A stretch of 64,000 nt of DNA from Candidatus Poribacteria bacterium. Lineage in GTDB: Bacteria > Poribacteria > WGA-4E > WGA-3G. A program made the position numbers and the translations under genes. Location of the stretch: NCBI GenBank assembly GCA_965242965.1, contig OZ251518.1, forward strand, positions 4,480,001 through 4,544,000, read 5' to 3'. Below, in pieces: positions 20,201 through 28,730 of the stretch (position 1 is the first letter of the stretch; every line of letters starts with the position of its first letter). Below the pieces are notes generated by a model, which made no database searches, was not told where the DNA came from, and worked only from the letters and a program-made list of their open reading frames with translations.

Positions 20201-21338
20201 CACCGAAGGTATGCTGTCCTTCTGTCACGGGAAGCGAAAAAGTAAGGGAGTCTTCTCCCGAACCCTCTTTGTATTTCAGTTCCGCCTCGTAACCGTCCCC
20301 CTTGATATAAAAAGTCGGTTGCTTGGCAGGATCGGTGCTTACTTTTACCGGCTCGCTAAACCGCACGGTGATGGCGATCTCGTCGCCGGCTTTGTAATAG
20401 GCGGCTTCATGCGTCACCTCGTCTAATGCCACGGTCGACCAGCCGGGTGCCTCCACGTGAGGACATGCCTTGATGTAGTCATCGCCGAATAGTCCGTGAT
20501 TCTCCAAACACGTTTGGCGCACCTCGTGATAGCGGGATTTTCCGGACTGTCCGGCAGGCGGCGGGGCTATCGTCAGTCGATGCGTCTCCGTATCCGTCGC
20601 GATTGTCGGCGGAATGCTATCTATTGCAGGCAAACTCAATGTGCCCAACCACGTGAGCGTGCCTGGATCAACCCAATCGCCTCCTTCCTTAATACGCCCA
20701 TCTGGCAACGCTATTAGAGGGGTATCAGTGAGCCAACCGCTGTTTTCCGCTGTCTCCCCTGTCCCTATTCTGTAGGTGTAGAGCGCGGTGAACGCATCGA
20801 GGTTAGTCGTCGCTAGATCAAATCCGTGGTGATTCGGTCGGAGCGTGTAACCGCTGCCTCCGTTTGCCCAATCCAGGCGGATGTTTGTGTTCCACCGAAC
20901 CGCCGATACATTCTGCAACCGAACCGCAATCCCGATGATATCACCGGGCCCAAGGGCATCGTCAGAACCGACTTCCTCACCACCGATAGGATAACCGGTG
21001 GCTAAATCGATTTTAACGTATTTCACGTAGGGATCTCTTGAATTTCTCAAGTACGACTCTTCTGGCCCGAACATCCCTTCCCGCAGCGGGCCTGACCCGG
21101 CATATCTGTGTGGGGCACCGGTACGCAGTTGGTTGCGATTTCTCAACAGCATCGGCAATGCGTCCAAGTCTACGTCATCCCGACTGACGAAGTCAGAATC
21201 ATCAAGTTTGAAAATCTTAATCCACTCTATGCGGATATCCGCCTCGGCACCCTTCGGGATAGCGAGGACAGAAACACCGATGGCGAGGAGCAGGAAAACG
21301 AAAAACCTCGCCGATAAAAAAAGCGATTTCTTCATCAT
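17268..21338 (-). CDS. Large secreted surface protein (Ig-like repeats, two lamin-tail-like domains, ALPVELS module, conserved C-terminal tail)
   Basis: Signal peptide; YKAGDEIAITVRFSEPV..DLAGN and DIAGN Ig-like motifs; VFNEL..DWLELRN and FSEIMFD..QWIELYN; ALPVELSRF..WTTESEVDNAGFNL; ends MLTTFGEVK. Confidence 0.8.
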   Translation of the reverse strand: MMKKSLFLSARFFVFLLLAIGVSVLAIPKGAEADIRIEWIKIFKLDDSDFVSRDDVDLDALPMLLRNRNQLRTGAPHRYAGSGPLREGMFGPEESYLRNSRDPYVKYVKIDLATGYPIGGEEVGSDDALGPGDIIGIAVRLQNVSAVRWNTNIRLDWANGGSGYTLRPNHHGFDLATTNLDAFTALYTYRIGTGETAENSGWLTDTPLIALPDGRIKEGGDWVDPGTLTWLGTLSLPAIDSIPPTIATDTETHRLTIAPPPAGQSGKSRYHEVRQTCLENHGLFGDDYIKACPHVEAPGWSTVALDEVTHEAAYYKAGDEIAITVRFSEPVKVSTDPAKQPTFYIKGDGYEAELKYKEGSGEDSLTFSLPVTEGQHTFGGLQVWSAAFWRNTHENFCRAPDTVRLETDEVRWIRDLAGNDFDTCVSLEKELEAFFTDMPALESIAHANPHPSYREENRPEIVAAYKKGIIKYLVDTIPATVWIPGLIKNGELLRHTDFTASDVQTGAFEVQFRFFNSIPPGPGGGSPAAIADEVGTSFTAEDVMLTGTGVNPADWDVEIAYVGLDHRGPNIVQNSASALVYKATITPALGFRGDVSISVPAGATQDIAGNESLASNRLPLPVDTALRVIETPEIVAPPAGAYTAGDKIEVEVTYDRENLRYEGDNPPYLTLYLGEEVPANARHAVWTASEDTNSTKVTFAYTVAATDTVAEAVRVPSVKIMVPEQTSLLSGPLGAPAERQSGTEAAAAASGTAPKTVPVVEPLPEVSPIVSDTPVVPVYPIFEEAAPKAAASEVPEAPIVFNELGNGSGDADDWLELRNVTGSAVSLKEWELSIVQDGKKEDTSLIVFPDASVQANGLLLITNSDPTAEGNALAGGDNVETAEVETKGSSHQYLIKSGLSLPDDGKFLLILRNAREKLGLNEAFVDVAGGGGSDTDAFVREQTGDYDTHVWPLQVLQAPGGDTEDALGSGKVWQRAKADIVGYHRDAWAESAFTGIGYDRKVTESAATSGTPGYPNGAVKPGSATPKGSITFSEIMFDSGGGTLPQWIELYNNSKTDAINLNRWRLEIQNVDSEDLIGRPIVTLTLGEKVIQPNQTVLIVAGPARASSDSYLPADRIYDLLALHEKNLRIKWARDTFLSTEGFYLQLSDRNGNLVDEVGNRDSDRRSDDAPAWALPLSFEEGSRSSVIRRYDKGVALPGQKRASWVLASRIKPFDESLHYGHADDIGTPGHREGGALPVELSRFSMTRNETGEVVLTWTTESEVDNAGFNLRRSEKRASGFTLLNPALIAGAGTTGERQTYTFTDASAKPGIEYYYQIEEVAFDGKPETLVTRLLPGPVSASNRMLTTFGEVKQQE

Positions 21339-21393
21339 AAAATACTCTCCTGTATGAAATAGCGTGAATGGGAAAAAAGTAGCGTTCTCGGAG

Positions 21394-21433
21394 AAAACAG
21401 GGTAACCGCGGGCGGGTGCCCACGGTTATCCTG
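21394..21433 (-). terminator. Terminator/attenuator-like hairpin in the leader
   Basis: 15 of 16 bp stem CAGGAUAACCGUGGGC/GCCCGCGGUUACCCUG followed by UUUU. Confidence 0.55.
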
Positions 21434-21509
21434 CCCCTTAATACCCCTAGTGGGGAGTGAATTTTCCCCGGAACAACGCTGGTAACCGTTGCATCGGACG
21501 ATGCAACGC

Positions 21510-21562
21510 AAAAAGCCCCGTGGCAGGCGCGGACTCGCAAAGGCGAGCGCGTGCCACGAGGC
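21510..21562 (-). terminator. Terminator/attenuator-like hairpin in the leader
   Basis: GCCUCGUGGCA..UGCCACGGGGC stem followed by UUUUU. Confidence 0.55.
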
Positions 21563-21653
21563 GAAAGAAAATAGGCGCGTGCAAAGCACGCGGATTTTGG
21601 GTTGGAATTCAGATAATCTCCCCAGCTCGCCTTCCTGCTGAGAACGTCAGAGG

Positions 21654-21815
21654 TTAACGGGCATTTAGGACGGGGGGGGTAAATCTGATTATGTTCAGTG
21701 CAGTATCATCAACAGGACGCGCAAACGGAGACACGGCGCGCCGCCGGCGCGGCGGGCGCATCGGATGCAGACACTTCGGCGTATCCGCAGAAATGCAAGC
21801 GATTTGAGATGTCAT
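21654..21815 (-). CDS. Putative 53-aa leader peptide containing a C8 tract
   Basis: AAAAGGAG RBS; MTSQIACISADTPKCLHPMRPPRRRRAVSPFARPVDDTALNIIRFTPPVLNAR*; below the ORF-track cutoff. Confidence 0.55.
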   Translation of the reverse strand: MTSQIACISADTPKCLHPMRPPRRRRAVSPFARPVDDTALNIIRFTPPVLNAR

Positions 21816-21877
21816 GTTTCGCGCTCCTTTTCGTTGATGAGGGTTTACTATCGCACCAAATTTGTGTTAATGAATAT

Positions 21878-21906
21878 ATTATACCACATTTTCGCGCGTT
21901 TGTCAA
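21878..21906 (-). promoter_or_regulatory. Perfect-consensus sigma70 promoter
   Basis: TTGACA-17 bp-TATAAT with extended TG. Confidence 0.8.
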
Positions 21907-21963
21907 ATTAAAATGTGATTTTTAACAGATTTCCGCGTTTTTTGTCAAAAAACTTGACTTAAC

Positions 21964-22330
21964 CGTAGCGCGAGGGCCTGTCCCTCGCGAACGTTTGATT
22001 ACCGTAACTTGTAGGTTGCGATCGCCCGATCTTGACCCTGTTGCGATCAGGCGATCGCAACCTACAGAGGGGGAAACTCCATCGCGTCGACCTCACCGTA
22101 GGGCGAGGGCCTGTCCCTCGCGAACGTTCATCGCATCCCAGGCATGGCGGGGGACAGGCCCCCGCCCTACGGTGAAGAGAAGCCTGCTCCGACCACCGTA
22201 GGGCGAGGGCCTGTCCCTCGCGATCGCTCGATCACTGGAGCGTTTTCCCGATTCCCGTAGTGCGAGGGCCTGTCCCTCGCGAACTTTCATCGCGCCACGG
22301 GCACGGCGGGAGACAGGCCCCCGCCCTACG
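21964..22330. repeat. REP cluster
   Basis: A/B-type REPs and a GATCGCCTGATC-loop dimer. Confidence 0.9.
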
Positions 22331-22349
22331 GTAAAAGGGCGGCGTGCAT

Positions 22350-25300
22350 TCAATTCCGCGCTTCGGGAATAACCGTCAACATCACCCGAACCCCATCCCG
22401 CAAGACGACAACTTCAACCGATTCTCCGATTTTCACCGCATCCAAAGCGTAGGTGTAATCGTAGATATTGGCAATCTGTTGCCCGCCAAATTTGATAATC
22501 ACATCGCCGCCTTTTAACCCTGCTTTATCGGCGGGACCGCCGGCGCGGACACCGGAGAGTTTCACGCCGGCAGTATCGGTGCTATAATCGGGAATAGTGC
22601 CTAAGTAAGCGCGAAGCGTGTCGCGCGAACCGCCGCCCGACTGACTCCGCTCAACTTCAACGTATTCGGGACGTTCCGCCGCAGCCGCGATGTCTAAAAT
22701 CATGCTGTTTACCAACGCAACCACGCGCTCCATGCCTTCATAGTTGAGGTGCTCCACGTCATCGGTGGGACGGTGGTAATCCTCGTGGGCACCGGTGAAG
22801 AAATTCAGCACCGGCACTTTTTTCGGATAGAACGCCGTCACATCGGTTGGCAAATACGGATCCGCCTGCAAGGTCAGGTTGAAACCGACAGGGACATTCT
22901 GCTTCTCAATCAGCGCGGGCCAGGCATTCGATGAGCCAACGCCTTGTAGGATCAGGGTGTTCTCTTCCAGCCGTCCCACCATATCAAAATTGAGATACGC
23001 GGTGATCTGCTCCAACGGCACCACAGGATTTTCAGCGAAGTAAGAAGAGCCGATGATTCCGATTTCTTCCCCAGACCAGAGTGCGAAGATGATGCCTCTT
23101 GCACGTGTTTCGGGCGTTTTGCTGAGTCGCTCCGCCAATTCTAAAACGACAGCGGTGCCGGAGGCGTTGTCATCTGCACCGTTGTGAATCTGTCCTTCTT
23201 CGCCTTTCCGTGCGAGTGAACCTATTTCGCCGTAGCCGAGTCCGTCATAGTGCGCGCCGATGACGATGTATTCTGTATCAGGATGGGAGCCTGCTGCATC
23301 GGGACCGGGGGGCTCGCCTACAGCATCGAGACCGGAGGGCTCGCCTACAGCATCGAGACCAGAGGGCTCTCCTACGGGGAGTCGAGACCGGGAGGTCTCT
23401 CCTACGGGACTGACAGGCGGTAGCAACGCAATCACGTTCCGAGCGGTTTTCTTCACTTTTTCGACCGAAACGGTGATTTTGATAGTGACATCGGGCAGCG
23501 GAAATTGCCCGATAAAATGCGGATTCTCCACATCAAGTCCGGCTTGAACCTCTTTGAGTTGCTTTCCTGCGGGCGCGAACAGCGCGTTCGCCACGGTATC
23601 GCTGATGGAGGCGGCGACGATGCCGGAATCAGCGAGGCTGTTATCAAAATCCAGCGGAATCAGTTTGCCGGCATTGGGCGAATTCGGTCCGGCGACAACG
23701 AGGAACGCCTTCGCGCCGCGTTCCCGCGCCTGCATCGCCTTATAGCGGAGTCCGGCGTATCTATTGAGTTCCTGCCGACGTTCAGGTTCAACTTCTTCGG
23801 GGACATACCGGAGTGCGAGGACGATTTTGTCGGTGACATCAATGCCGGCGTAGGCATCGTAGCCGACTCCCATTTCACCGGGGACGGTGAGTCCGTATCC
23901 GACGAAAACGACTTCGCCTTCAACTACGCCGTTTCGCGAAAAAGAGAGCGGCATAAAGTCAGTTTCCACGCCAAATTCCAATGTTTCGTTTGTTTTTTGT
24001 GTGTGTCCCGCGTGCTGTCCGTCCTCTGTCGGCCGCGTGAGCCAGAAGCGATTTTCGTTTGGAATGAGTTTTCTGCCTGCGGTGAATTGGAATTTTTGAA
24101 AGTAGGCGGATTCAGAGGGCTCTCCCAATACCGCGGGATCGCGGGGGACAGGCCCCCGCGCTACGGTAGACGGCCGTTTCCCTTTCACCGTAGGGCGAGG
24201 GCCTGTCCCTCGCCATGCATCGGCAGAGTCAGAGGGCTCTTCTAAGACCGAGGGATCGCGGGGGACAGGCCCCCGCGCTACGGTAGACGGCTGTTTCCCT
24301 TTCACCGTAGGGCGAGGGCCTGTCCCTCGCCATGCCTCGGAATCCGAAGAATCTCCTACCGGTATCAGGCCCAACTCCTTAAACTGTTCGGCGATGTAAT
24401 TTGCCGCCTGTTTCGCGCCATCGGAGCCTGTCATCCTGCCTTCCAATGCATCGTCGGCAAGGAATTCAATATGCTTTCGGAGGCTGGTTTGCGTTCCGTT
24501 TGCTGGAGCGAGTTCATCATCCGGGACGTTCGTGTGCGCGCTTTCCGGTGCCGCCGCTAACGCCGATAATGCGGCTTGATGATTCCACGCCGCCAGATAG
24601 AGCTGCGAAACATCTTGGCTGTTGCGGTTTGATGTCCAGCACAGTGTGTTTCCATCAGGCGAGAAGACCGGGAGTCCATCGAACCCCTCTGTGTGCGTCA
24701 CGCGGATGGGTTCGTGCCGCCCGGCGGCATCCACCAAAAATAACTCAAAGTTGGAAAACCCGAACTTGTTGGAGGCGAAGATGACATACGCGCCGGAGGG
24801 ATGGAAATAGGGTGCCCATGACATGCTGTCAAAATCGGTGAGTCGTCTCACGCGCGAGCCGTCCGTGCGCATCGTGTAGATGTCGGATTTACTTCCATCG
24901 GGTGTGAAGTGCCGCCAGACGATGTGTTGCCCATCGGGTGTAAAAAAGGGACCGCCGTCGTAACCCGGCTTATCTGTCAACCGCTGCTGGTTTGAGCCAT
25001 CGGCGTTCATGATGTAAATTTCGCCGAAATAGGCAGGATCGACTTCGAGCTGCTTCAATTCCTTCGGTGACAACCCGCTTTTGGGATATGCATCGCGCAG
25101 GGAGCAGAAAACGATGCGCGTGCCATCAGGCGAGTAAGATGCCTCCGCATCGTAGCCGGGGGCATCTGTCAACTGCTCAAGCTTACTTCCATCGCGCTTG
25201 GCAGAGAAAATGTCCATCGCCTCATCGTAATCCCAACTATAGCGGCGTTCCTTTCCCGACGCGCGAAATTCCAGTTCCTCCGCCTGCTTAGCAGAGGCGA

Positions 25301-25625
25301 ATATATCGTGGTGCGTTGAGGCGTAAAGCACTTCATCGGTGCCGGGGCGAAAGAAGGCGCACGTCGTCTTCCCAACGCCGGTTGACACGCGGTGCGTATC
25401 GCCGCTCTTCAAATCCATGAGATAGATCTGGTAGAACGGGTTGTCGGGTTCACGTTCGCTCTGGAAGATGAGCGCGGTGCCGTTTTCGGAAAAGTATCCT
25501 TCTCCGGCGCGCTTGCCGCTGTAAGTTAATTGCCGCGTGTTGTCGAGGAATTGTGATTCTTCGGCAGCCGCGGAAATGGTGAAGCACAGCGCGCAAAGCA
25601 CGCCTATCCATGTTATGAAACGCAT
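22350..25625 (-). CDS. M28 family aminopeptidase with TolB-like PD40 propeller, PA and PDZ domains; carries two in-frame REP insertions
   Basis: SPDG repeats; GAHYD, GADDNASG, SGEE, NFDMVG, DYHRPTD; PDZ YLGTIPD..GPADKAGLKGGDVI. Confidence 0.88.
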   Translation of the reverse strand: MRFITWIGVLCALCFTISAAAEESQFLDNTRQLTYSGKRAGEGYFSENGTALIFQSEREPDNPFYQIYLMDLKSGDTHRVSTGVGKTTCAFFRPGTDEVLYASTHHDIFASAKQAEELEFRASGKERRYSWDYDEAMDIFSAKRDGSKLEQLTDAPGYDAEASYSPDGTRIVFCSLRDAYPKSGLSPKELKQLEVDPAYFGEIYIMNADGSNQQRLTDKPGYDGGPFFTPDGQHIVWRHFTPDGSKSDIYTMRTDGSRVRRLTDFDSMSWAPYFHPSGAYVIFASNKFGFSNFELFLVDAAGRHEPIRVTHTEGFDGLPVFSPDGNTLCWTSNRNSQDVSQLYLAAWNHQAALSALAAAPESAHTNVPDDELAPANGTQTSLRKHIEFLADDALEGRMTGSDGAKQAANYIAEQFKELGLIPVGDSSDSEAWRGTGPRPTVKGKQPSTVARGPVPRDPSVLEEPSDSADAWRGTGPRPTVKGKRPSTVARGPVPRDPAVLGEPSESAYFQKFQFTAGRKLIPNENRFWLTRPTEDGQHAGHTQKTNETLEFGVETDFMPLSFSRNGVVEGEVVFVGYGLTVPGEMGVGYDAYAGIDVTDKIVLALRYVPEEVEPERRQELNRYAGLRYKAMQARERGAKAFLVVAGPNSPNAGKLIPLDFDNSLADSGIVAASISDTVANALFAPAGKQLKEVQAGLDVENPHFIGQFPLPDVTIKITVSVEKVKKTARNVIALLPPVSPVGETSRSRLPVGEPSGLDAVGEPSGLDAVGEPPGPDAAGSHPDTEYIVIGAHYDGLGYGEIGSLARKGEEGQIHNGADDNASGTAVVLELAERLSKTPETRARGIIFALWSGEEIGIIGSSYFAENPVVPLEQITAYLNFDMVGRLEENTLILQGVGSSNAWPALIEKQNVPVGFNLTLQADPYLPTDVTAFYPKKVPVLNFFTGAHEDYHRPTDDVEHLNYEGMERVVALVNSMILDIAAAAERPEYVEVERSQSGGGSRDTLRAYLGTIPDYSTDTAGVKLSGVRAGGPADKAGLKGGDVIIKFGGQQIANIYDYTYALDAVKIGESVEVVVLRDGVRVMLTVIPEARN

Positions 25626-25683
25626 TTCAATTTTCTCCTATTGTGTGAGAGATCGCTACGGTGAAAAAAACGTGCCGATTCCC

Positions 25684-26065
25684 GTAGGGCGAGGGCCTGT
25701 CCCTCGCCAAGCCACGATCGCGGGGGAAACCCGCTCGCATGCGCGTATGGCATGCGAGGGCCCCCGCGCTACGGGAATTGAGCACCGCCTACTCCTGTAG
25801 GTCAAGATCGCCTGATCTTGACCTGTTTGCGATCAGGCGATCGCAATCTACAGAAGGGAAGCGCAAGGGCCTATCCCGCGCCAGGCTCTGGGGCACGGAA
25901 CGATCGCGGGGGACAGGCCCCGCGCTACGGTGAAAAAACGTGTCGATTACCGTAGGGCGAGGGCCTGTCCCTCGCCATGCCACGATCGCGGGGGACAGGC
26001 CCCCGCGCTACGGGCCAAGAGGCGTTCCCCTCACCGTAGCGCGAGGGCCTGTCCCTCGCGATCGC
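25684..26065. repeat. REP cluster
   Basis: A/B-type REPs; dimer at 25795-25853. Confidence 0.9.
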
Positions 26066-26085
26066 ACGCCGCACCAAGCTTTGCC

Positions 26086-26937
26086 CTACAAATACTGCGC
26101 CGCCATCTTTTTCAGGAACGCGAGGCCATCCGTGGCAAGACTCTCCGCACTCGGCGCGATATCACGCCAGATACAGGTTGCGGCGGCAATCTCTTTGACT
26201 GCCGGCGTAAACGACTCGATTACCAGCCATCTGTCGTAGTTCAGTTGCGCGAGCGCGCCGAATACGTCATCCCACGGGACTAAGCCGGTGCCGGGGGTAC
26301 CCCGGTCGTTTTCGCAGCAGTGGACATGATGCAACTGAGTGCCAGTGTCAAGAATGGCTTGCCCCTGGTTCTTTTCTTCGATGTTCATGTGGAAGGTATC
26401 CAGATGCACCTTGAAGTAAGGGCTGCCGACTGCTTCGGCGAGTTTGACGGCATCCTCGGCGATGTTCACAAAATAGGTCTCGAATCGGTTGAGCGGTTCA
26501 CTGGCGAGAGTTACGCCGTGCTTCCCCGCGAATTCAGCGACTTCCTGGAGTCCTTCGACGCACCAGTCCCATTCCTGCTGATTCCTACCTCTGCCGACGA
26601 GTTTCCCGACGGCACTATACATCGGTCCGACGTATGTATCGCCGCCGAGTTCAGCGATGATCTCGATGGCGCGTTTGAGGTAAGTTTTGCCGTTTTCGCG
26701 CACGGCCGGGTCTTCGTCGATTGGGTTCCGGTCGGGGCTCATGATATTGCATCCGATGACTTGCAATCCGGTTTCTTTGAGAGTGGTTTGCGTATGCGGG
26801 ATGTCTACCGTCTCGGGGTCAAAAATGGGAATTTCCACGCCATCAAATCCCATTTCGGCGACTTTCGGGATGAGTTCTACCGTTTCGCGATCAAACTTAT
26901 CTGCCCAGAGTAATAAATTGACACCAAATTTTGGCAT
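26086..26937 (-). CDS. D-tagatose/D-psicose 3-epimerase family (sugar phosphate isomerase/epimerase)
   Basis: GFDGVEIP, EPLNRFE, LDTFHMNIEE, ENDRGTPGTG, VIESF. Confidence 0.9.
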   Translation of the reverse strand: MPKFGVNLLLWADKFDRETVELIPKVAEMGFDGVEIPIFDPETVDIPHTQTTLKETGLQVIGCNIMSPDRNPIDEDPAVRENGKTYLKRAIEIIAELGGDTYVGPMYSAVGKLVGRGRNQQEWDWCVEGLQEVAEFAGKHGVTLASEPLNRFETYFVNIAEDAVKLAEAVGSPYFKVHLDTFHMNIEEKNQGQAILDTGTQLHHVHCCENDRGTPGTGLVPWDDVFGALAQLNYDRWLVIESFTPAVKEIAAATCIWRDIAPSAESLATDGLAFLKKMAAQYL

Positions 26938-27016
26938 TTTGTGTTGTTCTCCTGTAGAATTGAAGGTCTGTTTTTTAGTTTAGCAGAAAGTGCAATGTGT
27001 TGCAAGTTAAATGTTG

Positions 27017-27640
27017 GAGCAGGATATGGAGCAGGATATGAGCAGGATTTACAAGATTAGTCAAGATTGAGCAGGATTAGGAGCAGGAAACTGTAGTTCG
27101 GGAGCACCTGCTCCCGAAACGGCGCATGGCGAGGCTAACCCCTCTCTGGCCCGTAGCGCGGGGGCCTGTCCCCCGCGATCGTTCGATCTGCGCAAAAACC
27201 GCGCGCCGACCCAGGCCGTTTCCCCGATCGAGGCACGGCGAGGGACAGGCCCTCGCCCTACGGTAAACGGAGACGGCCTTGCATACCGTAGCGCGGGGGC
27301 CTGTCCCCCGCGATCGTCCGATCCGCGCGAAAAACGCACGCAGACTAACGCCGTTTCCCTCTCGATCGCGGCACGGCGAGGGACAGGCCCTCGCCCTACG
27401 GTGAAAGGAGACGGTCTTGCATACCGTAGCGCGGGGGCCTGTCCCCCGCGATCGTTCGATCTGCGCGAAAATCACCCGCCAACCAACGCCGTTTCTCGTT
27501 CCGATCGAGGCATGGCGAGGGACAGGCCCTCGCCCTACGGTCAGCGGCACGTTTTTTCTTCACCGTAGCGCGGGGGCCTGTCCCCCGCGAGCGTTCATGT
27601 GCCCGGTGGCATGGCGAGGGACAGGCCCTCGCCCTACGGT
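27017..27640. repeat. GAGCAGGAT tandem array followed by a BIME-like REP cluster
   Basis: gagcaggat x5 at 27017-27090, then alternating A/B REPs. Confidence 0.9.
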
Positions 27641-27682
27641 CAGCGGCACGATTTTTCAAAATGCCGCTGCCAAACCAATGCG

Positions 27683-28546
27683 CTAACGTGAGATAACGCC
27701 GTGTTCCTCAAGCCAACCTTTCAATGGGACATCCGCATCTTTCGGCGAGAAATGGCCATTGGCATTCGTGCCGCCGCCGAGCAGCTGTTGACGAATCGGG
27801 TCATTCCGGTCAAATATCTCCGGCGGGATAGTCATGTCATCTTTACTCCGCAGCCATCGGTATCCGTAGCCGTAGAAAAGCCCTTTGCGCGTGATGTCTG
27901 AATCGTTTTCGCTGCGCGCATGCCAGATACGCCGGTCGAAGAAAACGGCATCGCCGGGTTTGCAGCAGACCGGGATCGCGCCTTCGGGATGCGAACCGTC
28001 CTGCGGACGCTCTAAAGTATCCCACAGATGACTGCCCGGAATAATGTAGAAATTCCCGCGCCCGACTTCCGAACAATCGGAAAGCCAATAGACTACTTTG
28101 ATGGAGAGACGCGGCCGCGGCGAGCTCTCAATCTCGATGTTGACGCGCCCGCTATCCTGATGCCAGCCGAGCGATGCCGGTGTGCCGCGAAGTTCCTCCA
28201 AACGCGGCGGCGTGATAATCAGATGACTATGATACGAATAGATATTCCAGCCTAACGCGCCCCACACCTTCGGGAACGTCTTATACCAATCCAGAATGTT
28301 GACAAACATCTGGTCCTTCCCGAGGAAATTCGGGTAGAAGAAGTTCTTGTCCGGGGTCATCGGACTTTTAGTGTAGGGATCGTAGCCCGCGTCCAAATGT
28401 TGGTTGTAAATCCGATCAACGCGCGCCTCTAACCGCGCAACTAAATCTGGTGGTAAGGCGTTTTCGACGATGAAATACCCATCCTCGTTCAACCCGCGGT
28501 GCTGCTCATCGGTGAGCTGGTGTTGCAGATGGCGTTCGTCAAGCAT
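27683..28546 (-). CDS. PhyH family dioxygenase (EctD-like)
   Basis: GWHQD, IIPGSH, WHARSEN. Confidence 0.88.
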   Translation of the reverse strand: MLDERHLQHQLTDEQHRGLNEDGYFIVENALPPDLVARLEARVDRIYNQHLDAGYDPYTKSPMTPDKNFFYPNFLGKDQMFVNILDWYKTFPKVWGALGWNIYSYHSHLIITPPRLEELRGTPASLGWHQDSGRVNIEIESSPRPRLSIKVVYWLSDCSEVGRGNFYIIPGSHLWDTLERPQDGSHPEGAIPVCCKPGDAVFFDRRIWHARSENDSDITRKGLFYGYGYRWLRSKDDMTIPPEIFDRNDPIRQQLLGGGTNANGHFSPKDADVPLKGWLEEHGVISR

Positions 28547-28730
28547 AGATTTTTCCTCCTATGTAAGTGAGGGTGTTTCATAAATCCGTTTCGGTATTTA
28601 TCCTGCCTTGGAGGGCGGGCGAATACCGGAAGGTATCGGGCCCACCGCTGTAGTTCGGGATCGCCTGATCCCGAACGGGTCAAGATCGGGGGATCTTGAC
28701 CTACAGGGGTGATGCGTCAGGAGGTCTCTC

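Noticed and set aside
19290-20426. 378-aa plus-strand ORF
   Set aside because: Antisense shadow of the large surface-protein gene; no recognizable motifs.
21480-21565. Possible c-di-GMP-I riboswitch (GGTAACC..GCAAAAAGCC)
   Set aside because: The resemblance is on the strand opposite to the downstream gene and lacks the GGCAAA/GNRA-receptor architecture.
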